From: Chrysomallon squamiferum
Taxonomy: Eukaryota > Animalia > Mollusca
Length of the DNA stretch: 64,000 nucleotides
Assembly (NCBI GenBank): GCA_012295275.1
Contig: CM022672.1
Coordinates: 27,466,001-27,530,000, forward strand
Direction of reading: 5' to 3'
Both the position numbers and the translations under genes were made by a program. The notes under the pieces are model-generated. The model was not told where the DNA came from, made no database searches, and saw only the letters and a program-made list of their open reading frames with translations. Shown here piece after piece: positions 15,241 to 40,862 of the stretch. The stretch's first letter is position 1. Each line of letters begins with the position of its first letter.

Positions 15241-16764
15241 TAGATTGTCTAGAAAAACTCATATTTTCAACTTATGTGTTTTGTTTAACTGATATTAGAA
15301 TGACTAATTCTTCTTCCTTTTCTTGTTGTTGTTGTTGTTCTTCTTCTTCTTCTTATTATTATTATTATTTATTTATTTATTATTATTATATATATATGAT
15401 ATATATCTCACAGTCTTTACTGTGTTGACATTATCAGTATATCATCACAGACTGATATGTCAAATCACGTTCTGGATTATAACTCTTCTTTAATGACTCT
15501 GTAATTAGCAGTACTTCAAGTTTAACTCTGATATATAGCGTATGCGAACCGGAGATTTGTATCATTATTCACAGCAAGTAACGTACTGGAAACTGAAACA
15601 GCATAACAACCATGGCTGAGAATTTATCATAATTTACAGCATGTATCATAGGCGAATATCAAATTCATAAGATTCAGAATTAGAAATTAAAAAACTCAGC
15701 GAGGAATACAGATAATTAAAAGATAATAATAATAATAGAAATTAAAAAGCAAAAAAAAAAAAAAAAAATTGATTTTTAATAATAATAATAATGCATATGA
15801 TATTAACATTCTCGCACACATATGTGCAAAATAATTTAGGAACACGCACCTTTTGGACTTTACCAGCGAAATGGAATAGCAATAATCAACGTAATGTGGA
15901 CTTTTGTCTATTTAACAGCGACTGACAGAGTAAAATTTTATCTTATTATTGGACGCCAGCATGAAAATAAAGCAAAAGGCATACGACTTTTAACTTAATT
16001 TATTTTCTAAAAAGGTTTTCACTTATTTTACCATTATTTATGAAAAAAATCTGACAAGTTATTTCTTCGCTGTCGTATTAAAAAGTCGGTGATTTTTTAA
16101 TTTATCCTAACGTTTTAATAAATGATTAATGCAACTGAGTGACACAGGCCCCCTTTGGTGACTCCCTGGATAGCACCGAGTGAGACAGGTGGTGAACACA
16201 GATGGTTTACGCTGAAACTATTCTACCCTGGCTAACAGCCGAAAAGGTAATTATAGAATACTCGTAACTCGTCCACTTTGTTTGGTAGAGAAGTCTAAGC
16301 ATGACAGATTGTACGTGCTAGTGCAAACTACGCATGTTGCTGCTGAACAGTTGTCAGGAGTCAAATGTGTAAATTTTTATCCTTAGGCTTAAGAAATCTG
16401 ATAACCATTTGGATTCCCATACACTCCCAACATAATATAACTGATTACATTCGGTTTAGAAATTTTCTAATTCAAAAGTGCTGATTAGTTTAATCAGAAA
16501 TACTGATTTGATCTGTCGTACGTGATTTGTCGATGTAAACTATATAAGTATGGCATGGACAATAAATGGTAATTCAACCACGACGCACAAACACAAATAT
16601 ATGCCTATATCCTATCTTTCTTTATGTGTGTGTGTGTGTCTCTCTCTCTCTGTTATTTTATTTAACCATCAACCCCAGTACATATACATACAAAAATAAA
16701 CAAGCAAACAGATCGGATATTGATATATTTTAAGTGAAACAAAAGAAGTAAAATATAAAAACAA

Positions 16765-16789
16765 TGTGTGTGTGTAAAGTATACGGAGA

Positions 16790-16852
<63 letters not shown>

Positions 16853-16863
16853 GTATACGGAGA

Positions 16864-16902
<39 letters not shown>

Positions 16903-16916
16903 GTATACGGAGATAT
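16765..16916. repeat. Three copies of (TG)n + taaagtatacggagata
   Basis: The 17-bp unique part recurs three times separated by (TG)n of different lengths. Confidence 0.9.
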
Positions 16917-17445
16917 CAAAGTAGTGCCAAATATTCTGGGGGCGTTCGTTCCTTTTTGCACGAGAGAAATACCGTCCCCCAACCCACCCTCGGAATCATC
17001 CCTAAAGAACATCAAAGAGCACCACTCACAAGTTTTTGCCAAATTTACGAAAACATTTCACTTAAACGTTGGATATTTTAAAAAGATTATAACGCTAACA
17101 GAATACATCCTGCTAAAACAATGAACACGTCTATCAATGGTTAAGAAGTATCTGTTTTAGTCCAGTTGGATAACTGTTTAATTGCTAACACTCTCTCGGG
17201 CCGATGAAATACTGTTTGCATTGCTTAAACTGACTATGTTTTGTGTTATATCGATAGATTAATGGAGGTACGACACCGATACAGTGAAGGTGTTAAAACG
17301 TTTTCCTCGAAAGATGGTTTTTGTGACACCACCCCAGAGGATATGTACCAGGAAGATGTCGTTTGCTATCGGATTAGCTAGTAATTATTTCCATTAAGTG
17401 TTATAAGAATTAAGTTTAGGGTAGGCAAAGATCGTCTAAAATATT

Positions 17446-17448
<3 letters not shown>

Positions 17449-17520
<72 letters not shown>

Positions 17521-17530
17521 AGAAGAAGAA
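17449..17530. repeat. (GA)n/(GAA)n microsatellite
   Basis: Seen directly. Confidence 0.95.
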
Positions 17531-18394
17531 AAATAGGTATGTTTAGAGAAATGTATTAATAACCAAACAGAGAGAGAGAGAGAAAAAAAAAAATTACAGA
17601 ACTGTATGTTAAATGCAGAAATGATATAGACACCGCTGCTTGAAGAAAAAACACAAATATTTTAACTTATATTTCTTATAAAAGGAGTTCTAATTGTATA
17701 GTTTAACTTAATAGGAAAAGTTCTTTATTCTATATTTATTTTATTATTATTATTATTATATTTTTTTTTTTTTTTTTTTTTTGTTCAATAAAATTTAAAT
17801 CGTAATGAATTTTAACAGTGAGACATTGTCGTTTTGATACATTGGCTGGAATGAAAAAACAAGTTCTGCTTTGATTCGGCGTATCATTAATTATACAAAG
17901 TAATAGAAAAGTACCAACTTCAGACTTTTTTGTTAATTGCAATTCCTCTACACATTGATAAACAACAACAAAAAGATGACGGAAGGGAAGTAACTGCTAC
18001 TTTCACAGACATGATCATTTCGACCGATTAGCAAACATCTTCAGTTTATCTTAATATTTTTCAGCGTTGATTTTTAATATTGGTGGGTTGATGTTTGGTT
18101 GATATTTGATTATTCGGATAATTTACCTTATAATCAACCCAAATAAACATAATACTCCATATTTGTTCTAGTTATTTATTAAATCTATTTTATTGAAATA
18201 ATGCAATGAGCATAAATAATTATTGACGCACATCATATTAGTAATTATTAATTTAGAAACGTTTCATCGGAGTATACCGAAATCCGAAGATGACATATCC
18301 AGTTCAATTTTCGTTCTATCGTTTAACAAATTACTAACACAATTTCTGAGATTTCTGAGAAAATAAATTCATGTGTGAGACTAAAATATTTGGA

Positions 18395-18542
18395 GTTCCT
18401 GTAGAGGGCGCCATTAGCGGAAGTTGTGTCCAAATTACCGGAAATAAGAAAATTACCGCGATCAGCGGCAGTCAAATTTTTACTTTTTATATCATTAACA
18501 AAGTCCTGCAAATATTTAAGGGATAATCAGTTAATGAGGAAC
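18395..18542 (+). promoter_or_regulatory. Probable TATA-less promoter/5'UTR of KAT7
   Basis: CpG-richer patch with ETS-like GCGGAAGT (~18417) and CCGGAAAT (~18438) just upstream of the MPRRT start exon. Confidence 0.5.
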
Positions 18543-25465
<6,923 letters not shown>

Positions 25466-27751
25466 CAGCCATCTGTGTAACACAGTCGTTTTTGTAGTCA
25501 GGTTTTACTGTGGAGAGTGAATGAGTGAAACTATGATTTCATATCAGAGAAACTTGATTGTAGAGGATCTTGTTTTGAAATCATTCCTTTCAAGAAAGTG
25601 TTCAGTCTGTGATTCAATTCAGATCTTTTTTGTTTTGTTCATCTTTTATATGTGTTAACCTTTTTAATATGGTTCCTAGTATAGTAGGATCACAATAAAC
25701 TTTTTTTTAATTATTATTATTATTTTTTTTTAATTTTATTGTGTCAGTTATGAAGGATAAAAAATGTAAAAGAATTTATCTATTTATATATTAATGTATA
25801 TATTAAGTTAAATAATTTGTTGAAATAATGTATCAGAAGTTGAATTATTATTTTAAAGATTGTAAATATGTTATATACTAGACTTTTTAGGGTAATGAAG
25901 TTTTATTTTACTTTTTTTGCTCGATATTTTCAGCACCAAGTCCTGCAATTAAAAATTTAAAATAAGTCAAATTGTAAAGCTTATTTTAGTAACAGTTTAC
26001 ATACCCAGCATTTATATAGCTAGTTACTATCATTTATTGTATATGAAGGTGTCTTTTTAGTTACTTTTTATTTTAATAACAGGTCAATTTTAAATGTTTA
26101 TCCATAAGTTGCTAATGAAAATTAAGTATCAATATCTAGTTTATTATTATAAAGTGTATTAGAAACATAAAAAAAAACTACATTTACTTTTTAAAAATTC
26201 ACTGAAAACCACTTTTTAAAAGTTTATTTCATATTTCCATGAAACAGATTATTTTAGTGTTCCCAAATCATGTTTTTCACTCAAAAACACCTTTTTTAAA
26301 AATCCTGGTAACTTAAGAAAGTTATTTTTTTGTAGTAATTTCTAAAATTGATAGGAAGTTGTACATAGTAAATCTGTTGAATTGATTGATTCGTAAACAA
26401 GACTGTTTTTATTGTATGGAATAAATATAGTTTGTTATGAGTTCATGTCCAGCAAAAAAACTGGCAAATACTTCACAATGTTGGGGCACATATAGTATTT
26501 ATGAAATAAGCGATTCAAAATTTTAAGGCTGAAAAATGTGGTTTTAAAATATTATGAGAATTGAATTTGAAAAAAAAATAAATAAATATAATAAAAATAA
26601 AATAAATTTAAATTCCATCCATTCATTTTTAATCAGTTTTGGGGGGGTTTCAGTTTTTATTATTGATAGGGTTGGGGTGGGGGATTTTATGGTTTTTTTT
26701 TGTAATTAAATGCATTTTTATTAAAACTACTCTTCAGTTGTTTATAATTTTAAATTTTTATATTTCAATTTTAATTTAAAAATCAGTATAAAGAAATCTG
26801 CATGTCAAACAGCTGTCTGGTTGTTGAATGCTATAATTTGATATCTTTCTAGTAATAGTCGAGATCTTTTATCAGCTGGCAAAGTGAAAATTTGTAATTT
26901 TAATTAATATTTGTTTTTTATTTTTTATTTCTACTGCCTTGTAAAAGAATAAACTTTATTCTTCAGAAAAAACAACAAACCCAGATTAAAAAAAGAATTT
27001 GCATATAAAGCAGATAATTAAATATAATTTTTTTCATAGTTTGTTATTTAAACTTTTTATCTTTATTAAAATTATGCAGAATTACCATTTTCTATAGTTA
27101 ATGCACAGATTAATTTGTTGTTTTTTTTTTTTTTGTTTGTTTTTTTGATTAAACAAAAGCAGTTTAACATTATTATTAAAAAAAATATATTAAAAATATT
27201 TAAAACAAAAAAATATGAATTGTGCTGTGATTTAATGCTTTATAATACTGTACTTGTATTATTTTTATATTTTTATTACTTTCTGGTTGTCATTTTTTAA
27301 TTATTAATTTTGATTTTATATTTTTTAAATTTTTTTATTGTGTGAACTCAGTATTTTGTATACTAGACTTCACCATGTAAATACTAATGTTTGCTTTGTA
27401 ACATAATTTTGGTTTATTTTTTTATTTTTTTTATTGTGCAGTTATTTAGATACTTGTTTTCTTTGTTTTATTTATTTTAGATCATACTGCTTTAGCTAAG
27501 AGGCATGTTCTGCTAGACAGACAGGAAAGATTTATTTGGTGTATAAAAGATAACTGAATTAATTTTTTACCTACTAATTTCTGAGCCCTACTGATAGTAA
27601 AAACTGTAAAAATAAATAAAAATGCTAAATGTTAAAGTTAAGAAGCAGTAAATTTTCATATAATTTAAAGAATATCTAACATCTTTCTTTACAAAATCTT
27701 GTCTTATTTTTTTTTTAAATTCTATCAATTAAAAAACTAATTTTTATAATT

Positions 27752-27847
27752 GTAAAAATGATATACTTTACAGAAAATGAAATAATGGAATTTTTTATAG
27801 TCGTAAAAATGATATACTGTACAGAAAATGAAATAGTGGAATTTTTT
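27752..27847. repeat. 51-bp-period tandem duplication (2 copies)
   Basis: gtaaaaatgatatact[t/g]tacagaaaatgaaata[a/g]tggaatttttt at 27752 and 27803. Confidence 0.9.
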
Positions 27848-29091
27848 AAGTTGAGAATAATTTATAATTTACTTAATATTGTGCAATACATGGAGAAAGT
27901 GTAAGAAAGGTATTTTTATTTTTGTTGTAATTATTTTTCATTTCTCATTGATTTAATCATTTGTTTGTTTTATTTTATTTATGTTTTTAGTTTTTATTTA
28001 TAATTATTTTACTTTTTTAGTTTCTCTATTTTATTTTTTATTGTTTTGATACTTTATAATGAACTAACACTGACACAGGGTGATCCTACATGTGTGTTTT
28101 TTAGTTAGTGTACATACAGAACTGTTTTATTTAGTGTATATAAAAATGTAAATAATTTTGCAGCATTGACTTTATCATCATGGTTTAAACGCAACAAACA
28201 TTTTTCAATATGGGATCTTTTTGTGTGTAGAATTTAATATAACCACCTTGTTTCCAGAATAATTAAGTAAATTTACAGGTACATTTTTCAGTTTTTCAAA
28301 TACATTTTGCTTTACTTCTTAGTAATATCCCCATTACTAGTCAGATCAAAATCTTCACATTTATCAACTTAATTGTCAGAATTCTTTCATTTTCTAATGC
28401 AGACTGATTTAATTGTTTATTTAATAATAAGAGATATTGCTTTATTTTATTTTTTATTATTTATTTTTTTATTTATGATTTTTTAACTTCTATAGTTTTT
28501 AATTTTCTTTGTTAAACAAAGACCCAAAAACACCACATTTTTTTATTCAGTAATAAGAGTTACTCAGATAATTAGTTTTAATTTTTACTTTTTTTCTTTT
28601 TTTTTAAGACAAAATGTTTATTTAAATTAATCTCAAAATTCAGCATATAACTATCAATAAACTATAAAAAGGAAAGGTTAAAAAAAATGTTGATATCTAC
28701 ATCAACTTTTTAAAATTATTTATTTATTATTTGTTTTCTTCTTATGGAAAATAATACTACTGGCGTGTATATATATAGATACATATGTTATATAAAATAT
28801 ATAGATTAGAATGCATTAGGCACAAATAGTTGTTAAGCACCTCTGTTTGTCATAACTCTATAAATAAAACACCACTGGGATCCTGTGTTGTCATGGAATA
28901 AAATCATATGATGTATTTCTCTTTTATCTTTTTATTATTACTGTTTTTTTTTTTTTATTTATAAATTATAGTCTTGGTCTCTAACAATATGACATAGATC
29001 TAAAATCATTGATAAATGATAAATGTAGCTGGAAAAAATAGTCTGAAAAATAAATTTTATCATACTTTTAGACAGTTAATGAATTATTAGA

Positions 29092-29139
<48 letters not shown>

Positions 29140-29972
29140 GAGTGATAATGAAATCTTATGAGACAATACACCTGAATGATAGCAGTGTAGGAAACTTTTG
29201 TTTCCTTATAAATAGGAAAGCACATATTCTGGTGTTTTGATAACCAAACTTGCATTCTACTATTAAACTTAAACTTGGCTTTTTCTCACTAATATATGAT
29301 TCATTAAGCAAATAATTTTGAAAGTATTTTAAAGTTAATTTAGATCAATTCATGAATTCTTTCTTCCTGCAACGTCATTCATTTATTATAATTTAATATA
29401 AAACTGGTGTTGAAAACTATCCAAGTTCAGTATTGACCAGAAAAGGTACAATTATTAAAAAGAAAATGCTTTTGTTAATCTATGCATATTTAAGTTCAGA
29501 ACAATTCTTTTGTACAGCATGGAACATAAGATCCAGATTTGAGAAACTTCTGTGCAAATGCAATGTTTTGTGAAGTTATAATTACGGTGAAATGTTTCAA
29601 AAACAGAATTTTCTCAGTTCCTGTAATTTGCCAAATCCTAAAGTATAAAACAGTTAACCAAACTTCCCATTTGGTTTTGTCACTTCAATTTTGAGATAGT
29701 TCATGATGTGTGGGGGAGTGGGATGGAACAATCTAGCTTGATATGCCTTAATTCACAACAAGCTTATTGTCATTTTATTTTTGGAATTTTTTTGTTTCAT
29801 ATTTTTATTTTATTTTTTGAAAGAACTGGTAAACAACTACAATCCCCAACACAAAATAAATTTTATTGGAGGTCATTTCTTGGCTAACTATTTATCCTTG
29901 TATAAACATCAATGTAAAAAAACAAAACAAGAAAATATACCCCTACAACAGATCCTGTTAGTGATGGACGGA

Positions 29973-33624
<3,652 letters not shown>

Positions 33625-34193
33625 TGACACCTGAAATAAATAACAATACTGCTTATTAGAGAGAGATAGCCAGTAGTTTAAATTGTCCGTAAACAATATT
33701 TTTTTTTTTTACATAAAAACAATTTTATAATACATTCACTTCATATATGAATCGTATTTTTCTGACAGAAATAATGTTTAGTTTGTAACTTTTTTTTTTT
33801 TTTATAACACTATATTTAAATCTATCAACTTGCAAAGTAGAATGCTTTCAAATCTCCATTTTTTTTTCTTAGCATAAAATTAATAATTGTATACAATATT
33901 AAAAGGTTCTTGTTAAATTTTCTTCAAATTATGATTTCAGGCAAAAATATTAATAACAACTTTGAAACTGAAAAATAGGTTTAATGCATACGGATTTAGA
34001 AAATAAGCAGTTACTTGGTCAACATCATGTACCTTAAGTTACAAAAGAATAAAAAAAAAAAAAAAGAAGAGGAATTCAAAAATAAATAAATAATAATAAT
34101 AATATTACCAATAAAAAAAAAATAATTTAATACTGCTTTTAAGTATTATACTGTATTGACATCAAACTTTTTTTCCTTTTTTTTTCCGTTTAC

Positions 34194-34330
34194 CTTTTCA
34201 CTTCTGTAGTCTTTTTATAGATTACTTGTGAGTGCACAGTATTTGAGTGTGCAGACGTTCCAGGTTGAGATATTTAACCGACGAGAGAACTTGATGGCAA
34301 TAACGTGAACAACAACACCAACGTACCGGG
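34194..34330 (-). other. Probable non-coding 5'UTR exon of the LamG/Pif-like gene
   Basis: AAG|gtaaac donor at 34194/34193 on the minus strand; the ATG exon has an acceptor (tttcag) at 33631, so an upstream exon is expected; no ATG-led ORF here. The 5' end is approximate. Confidence 0.4.
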
Positions 34331-34681
34331 TTAAATTATGTGATATGTCTGCTTGTAAAAGGGAGTGTTTGTAAGACGAAAACAATTATTGGTTTAATTT
34401 ACGCATTTCATAAACAACCTACACAATGGGTTTTTTTTTAATGTTTTTTTTTTTTTATTTTCTTTCTTTTTTTTTATTATAATTTTTATTTAATTTATTC
34501 ATTTATTTATGGGTTTGTCTGTCTGCTGTTCGATTGAAGTCATAAAATTTGCAGCCTTATTTATCAGAATTTGGATATGTTTTTTTGTGAACGTGTCATC
34601 TGACAAACGGAACAACAATCCCAGTGTCATCCCCGTTAAACATGCAAGACAATCAGTGTGTTTTTAAAATTATTATTATTA

Positions 34682-34719
<38 letters not shown>

Positions 34720-37379
34720 AGGAGGGTGAGTGGGGAGTGGTTTTAAAGTGGATAAAGACTTTAGTATAGCATAGATCTTGTTTTATGAATCAGAATCCTG
34801 ACAGTTCAGTATCCTACTCCTCCTGCTCCTCCTCCTCACCATCATCAAATTCTGATGATTATTATCTTTTTTACCCGTGATCCAGCAATTTCAAAATAAA
34901 AGACATACAGTTCAAACTTTAACAAGTGAAAACAAAATTATACAGATAAATACATTCCAATAGACACTATTACCATTTCAGATGAAAGACGAACATAAGA
35001 ACATAACGAAAAGAAAAGAAACGATAAGGCTACATAGTAATAAACATTCGAAATCAACTCGAGTCATCTTGAAGAGATTTGAAACCTTTATCAAAATTAT
35101 ATATCTATTTTAGTGCTGATAAATCTTGTTAGTTGTCTACGATTTGCAAATCCTGGTTGTTGTTGTTGTGTGTGTGTGTTTTTTAATTGTTGGTAGGATA
35201 ATTGTTTTTCCCGGCATTTTAACTATTTTTACATTGTAAATAGCACTCTTTTTATGATAATCAGTTTCGATAAACATTAAAATCTGATCATTTTTTTTTT
35301 ATTATCTTTTTTTTTTTTTAAATTCACTCCGATTTATAATTGACAAATGTGGTACAGAATATACATTATCTTCTGCTATATAATAAAAATTAGTAAACAC
35401 ATTCATGTTTAATTTTTTAACTGTCAGTGTTAGGAGAGAGCATAATAAGGAATATATTACAAGCGAAATAAAGTATTTGTTAGTGATTTAAATGACCACA
35501 ACCATTCACTTGTTTCTTTATTGGAATATCACTTGTCAAACAAACAGATATTCCTAACTTTGATTTCTTTTTTAAAGTCATGTTTGGGGATTTCGAGATT
35601 TTGGAAGATTATGACTGACATATTGTACAGGCCATCACTCTTAATGTTTATATCACGTCTTTCATACAAAGTCATAAAAAAACAGGAAAACGTCACATGA
35701 AGGCATTCAGAATGTCGCCGATACATCATCATTCTGCCAATGAAATTATAACGCCAGAATGCTGACGTTTCCATAATAATATAATTATACATTTAAAAAA
35801 AAAAAAAATAATAATAAACAAAATTGTAAAAAAAACTAACCCCCACAACTTTAGTTTAATAATACGTGACTGTACACTATTACAAGTATGCATACAAAGA
35901 TGTTTTTATGTATAGATGCATTTATGTGTGAGCCTTTGTACGCAAGTATGTATGTATATTTGGGTGTGTGTTTGTGTTTTTGTGTGGGTTTTTGTTATGT
36001 ATGTTTATTTGGGTGTATGCTACAGTTTGAACAATAACAGAAGGTTGTGCTGCATATTAATAATATATATTTGTATTGCCATAATTTACAATGCAATAAA
36101 TGTTTAGAAATGCATTTAGTTAAATGCTGAATCTATCTTTACAGATTTATGGGATTAAACAAAGATTTTATAAAATTATTAATGCATCCATTGGTCATAC
36201 TTCGGATGATCTAATTTGCAATGTTAACCTGGTATTAGGCAGGTTACTCCTCCCAGTTGATGTTAGATACAAAATTGTATTACGATAATAGTTTTTGGCT
36301 TCCAGCATTATTGTTATTGCTGTATCAGCTCTTTTTAATTGTTCCAACCGATAAGAATGGATTAACCCCAGTGTCACGGGAAATGAAAGAATGCATGTTT
36401 ATTTAAAGAAATCTTCAACACATTTGAGAAGTGAATTTTAACCTACTTTGAAGATGGTAAATAAAAGCCATAAAAGATTTTAAATTTTTTCATTTTAATG
36501 TTTAAACATCAAAAATTATTAAAACAAAACCAAAAACAACAATAATAATAAATAAACAAACAAATAAATAAATAAATAAATAAATAAATAAACTAAAGTG
36601 GATACAAAAACATTTCACTCTTTTAAAACAAATACAGTACTCACCACTATTTCAGTACCAAATATGTCCATAACACTGCATGATGACTAAGTACGGAATT
36701 TTGACAACCGAGATGGCAGACTCACGACTGGTTTCAATCACGAAGACATTGGCACTGATGAACGAAAATAACAGCCTGTTTGAAGACTTCGCAAGCATGA
36801 ATATATACAGTACTTTTACTATGTGTTAAAACAATTGCCGTCTTTTTGTGTTTGAAATTATTAATGTAAATAGTAGGACAAGTTTCTTTATGACAAAACT
36901 TTTGCAGTGCTTTATCTACATGCCCTGAAGGCATACAGCGGTTCTATATTTTTCTAGGGTGGACATCCTCCATTTCTTAAACTATTAATTAAATTCCTTA
37001 TTTATTTTCTAATTATTTGGCTATGTGTACATGCTGCAAGTATAACTATGTAACTGGGTGTGTGGTGTTATGGTGTGTTTCTATGTGTGTTAATTTTGTG
37101 ACATGCTTAATGTATTTGAAATAATTTTGGGAATTAGAAACATTTTAAGTACACAATTTCCATAAAATAATAATTAGAAGTTAAGAAATATTTTTAAAAA
37201 TGCTTAAACAATTTACAATGACAACAGCAATAGCAGCAATAACGACAACAAATAGAAATATTTATTTCTTGCAAATAGAAATACGATCGGCTTTCGTAAA
37301 TTGCATTCGTTCATACGAAGTAAACTTTTCTCACATATTGAATGGACCCGAGCCTGGTTTGTCGTGCTCTGACATCTAT

Positions 37380-38850
37380 CTGTGTCAGAGGGAAAAAAAT
37401 GACAGCTGTTGACAGGCACGGGACGTTACCTTGAGATCTGAAAAGGGCGTGGCTCATGTCATTTCAAGTAATAGCTCTCTGCTTTTCTCTAGTCGTGTGT
37501 CTTTCTGATTCCTTATTTTCAGTTGTTCGTGTGTCTCTTTCTGTTCTTTCTCATTCTTTTCCTTTTATCTCTTCAATTTTTCTTTTTAATACTCGTGTGC
37601 CCGTAACATAATCCCACAAATATAATTTTTGTGGTTCTGTTGTTTGAAAGCAAATAATTCTTAATATTTGATGTTGCAAATTTATGAATCGGTGAATCAC
37701 AGAGCCATGTATCTTAATAGAAAATATTCATTCATTCATTAATTGTGACGAATAAAGACTACAGTTCAAACTAAACCAAAATTATTCTTTTATGGAATGA
37801 TATAAAGACGCTATATACTAACACAACAAATTTTAAGCAATGCTTAGGTTTATCTTAAATCAATTATTTTCTCGGAGGTTATAGACTTATGGTTTACTTA
37901 AATTTTGTTATAGTAATTTAGATTTATATGCAACCAAGTCTGTCTAGAACTTTGTTTGGATGCTAAAATAAAAGTGGATCAAAATTTCATTTGCATAATA
38001 TTAAATAATTTATTAAATCTTTTGAACAGCGATGCCGACCGATACACTTTTACTTAATACAAAGAACACCCAAATTGTGCCTTCGACCTACTTTTCTTTA
38101 GCGTTTATCATCAAAGGGAAGTAACTCGAATGCTTGAAGGTACGCGTGGTTGATGAAAGGATTCAGTCAAATTGGGTAAATTTTATTCTTTTTTAATATA
38201 TAGTTTTGCATAAAAGTAATTTTTAATGTTAATTTCAGGTAGTATATACCATAATTATAATTGCGAAACCGATTTTATTAGCAAATGGTTTGAAGTTTAT
38301 CATCTATTTATTGCAAATACTCAGATCAACATCTTTTTATGGAGGTTTCAAATTTTACGGTAGACTTGATCACGTCAAAAGTATTAAATTATCTTAAAAG
38401 AAGAACAAAGGATCTTGTATTAATTAAACAATAAAACTAGTAAAATATAAATAATAACACACATACATATAAGTTCAGTAATTTTAAATGAATCCCTGAT
38501 ATCATTACAGTGTTGAATATTGAATATTTCAGTCATTACATGACAAAGCTGTAGTTTACGCCATTACGGTTACCAAGAGTTCACAATGTCCGTGCAAGCG
38601 ACCCTATTCCGCTGACATGCACCACCTCCAATACTTTAACAAAATTATTCAGGCACAAAAAAAGAAAAAAGAAATGATTATTTTTCATTCCCAAAATTAA
38701 TCGTAAATGAAGATACGGTATTTAGCGTTATTTATACAAACTATTACTCAAAATCTCTCGAAAACTGAGAATTGTTCAAGCTGTAGCCCAAACCATCTGA
38801 TTTGGCGATTAGACCGCCATGTTATCGGCTCATATTAGGCCACGTGATCA
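37380..38850. promoter_or_regulatory. Divergent promoter region between the LamG-like gene (-) and the multi-isoform DNA-binding gene (+)
   Basis: GC box GGGCGTGGC 37445-37453; YY1/Pho consensus CCGCCATGTT 38814-38823; E-box CACGTG ~38841; CpG-richer patches. TSS positions are not determinable. Confidence 0.4.
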
Positions 38851-40862
38851 AATATTATTTTAAATTCTTCTCCAGTAGATTAAGTGTTTGTGATTATTTC
38901 AATATAAATAATTAATTATCAAAAACGGAAAATTTGTATCGATTTTGAATAAATGTTCATATCTGATGAAATTTCGGTATCATTTATAAAAACAATTATT
39001 TAATTCACTGTGTAATTTATGTTAGTATGTTCTCTGAGAAAAAATAAACTAAAAATGAACACAATATTGAAGATGCACTGATTTTTTAATTGCTTTTATT
39101 GATTTTAGCAAACACCCAGGCAATAGTTTAGTGACAAAAATTGAATATGAAAAGCTGTTGGATAAACAATTACTTTTGCCTAATTTTGTCTTATTTGTCT
39201 GTTTGGACATATATGCGTAACACAAATTTTATTTTGCAGACAAGCTAACCTTTCCATTCCATTATTAGGACTATTGTCACAATTAAAAGACTGATAATAC
39301 AGTGATATTTTTGTTAAAGTACTGTATTGGTTAGACAATTTTTTATTAAAAGTTACATATATAGATAATTATTTAGTCTCCTCTTAAATGAATTTATTAA
39401 TTTTTAAACACATAAATTCAATCAGATAGGTCTCTTTCTCAAACAGTGAAAAGTGCCAGTATGAACAGTGTCAGTGAAAATTTGATCAAATATGTACTTA
39501 TTTTGTGCATCTTCTGTTAATAACTGTTTATTACAGTAACATTGTAACACTGTCACTGTCAGATGAACATTTCACAACATTTTAGTTGTCCTGTATTATA
39601 AAGTTTTGTAGAAGCTTTTGTTAAAATTTACAATGTAATAGTGTCAGATGAAATTTAGATAAATTTGTACTTGTATGTGCGTGTGGTAAGTTAAAACCAC
39701 AATTTTTATTTTTTAAATTTATATATTTACTTATTATTATTTTGACATTTCATCTGTTTTAATTTTTTTTTTTTTTTTAAAAATAAAAGTCAGAAGTGAA
39801 TTAGTTTAATTTATTTTATTTATTTTTATTATTTATTACACATACATATTTTTTTTTTTTTTTTTTTGTTGTATATCTGGCAAACACTATAAATAGTGGC
39901 AATATTGATGGCTGTGAAGCAGGTCCCAGACGTGCTTCACAACAGCTTGCTCTGATTAGCACCTTAATTTTTTTCCTATTCCTATTCCTATGGCTAGATA
40001 CAGTTCTGTATTTTTGGTCACTGATGTTTGAGACCTATTTTATTTTTGAAAAGTAATTGTCACACTTTAAGAAAAAAACAAAAACAAACACAAAAATAAA
40101 TGAATCAAAGTATTGGTCTATTTTTATAAAACAGTTGTTATCACTCTTACAGTAAAGACATGAACCCAGTTAGGGTTTTCTTTGATCAGCACACTGTCAG
40201 TTAATACAGATCAACACTGTCAGATATCTGCTAGTATGTTTGAGATTACAAGCTCTGTAGTCATGTCACTGTTTTTTTGATTGTAAATGTTTCTCATTTC
40301 CTTTAACAAACCTGAATGTAATAAAGTTGCATTCTGTTTATTAAAATGGTCATTTTTATAAAAACAATCATCCCCATTTTATTATTATTAATTTTTTTTT
40401 AAAGTAGAAATTAGACAATGGTTGGTTAATGGATTAAAAGATGAAGGTTACTAATTACAGTAAAAATGTCATATTGTCCCTTTCACACATATTCAGATTA
40501 AAAAAATATATATATAAAAATAACAGCATATTGCTACTAGTTGGGTATAATGAAAGAGGTTTTTTTTTTTTTTTTTTTTTTAAATTATTATTTTAAAAAT
40601 ATTTTATTACGTTTATGTTGGAATTACATAGATTTATTATTATTATTATTATTTTTGTTTTCATTGAAAATTTTAAAGATAAGTTGAGGAACATTTATCT
40701 ATTTTGTAAATGCAGGAGGGAAGAGATAATTTATTTATATCCGGTAGTAGAAAAGAAGAATAAAAGATATGTCTTTTTTCAGTTAAAAAAACAATATAAA
40801 CAAATTTGTTATATTTTAAATTACTTTATTTGTTTTCAGATTAATTCTTAAAAAGTGGCATC

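Noticed and set aside
36645-36671. Minus-strand mini-exon MDIFGTEIV|gtgagt as first coding exon of the LamG gene
   Set aside because: The donor is good, but the ATG at 33624 already begins a signal peptide and nothing links this segment to it. It may be an alternative first or UTR exon; this cannot be supported from sequence.
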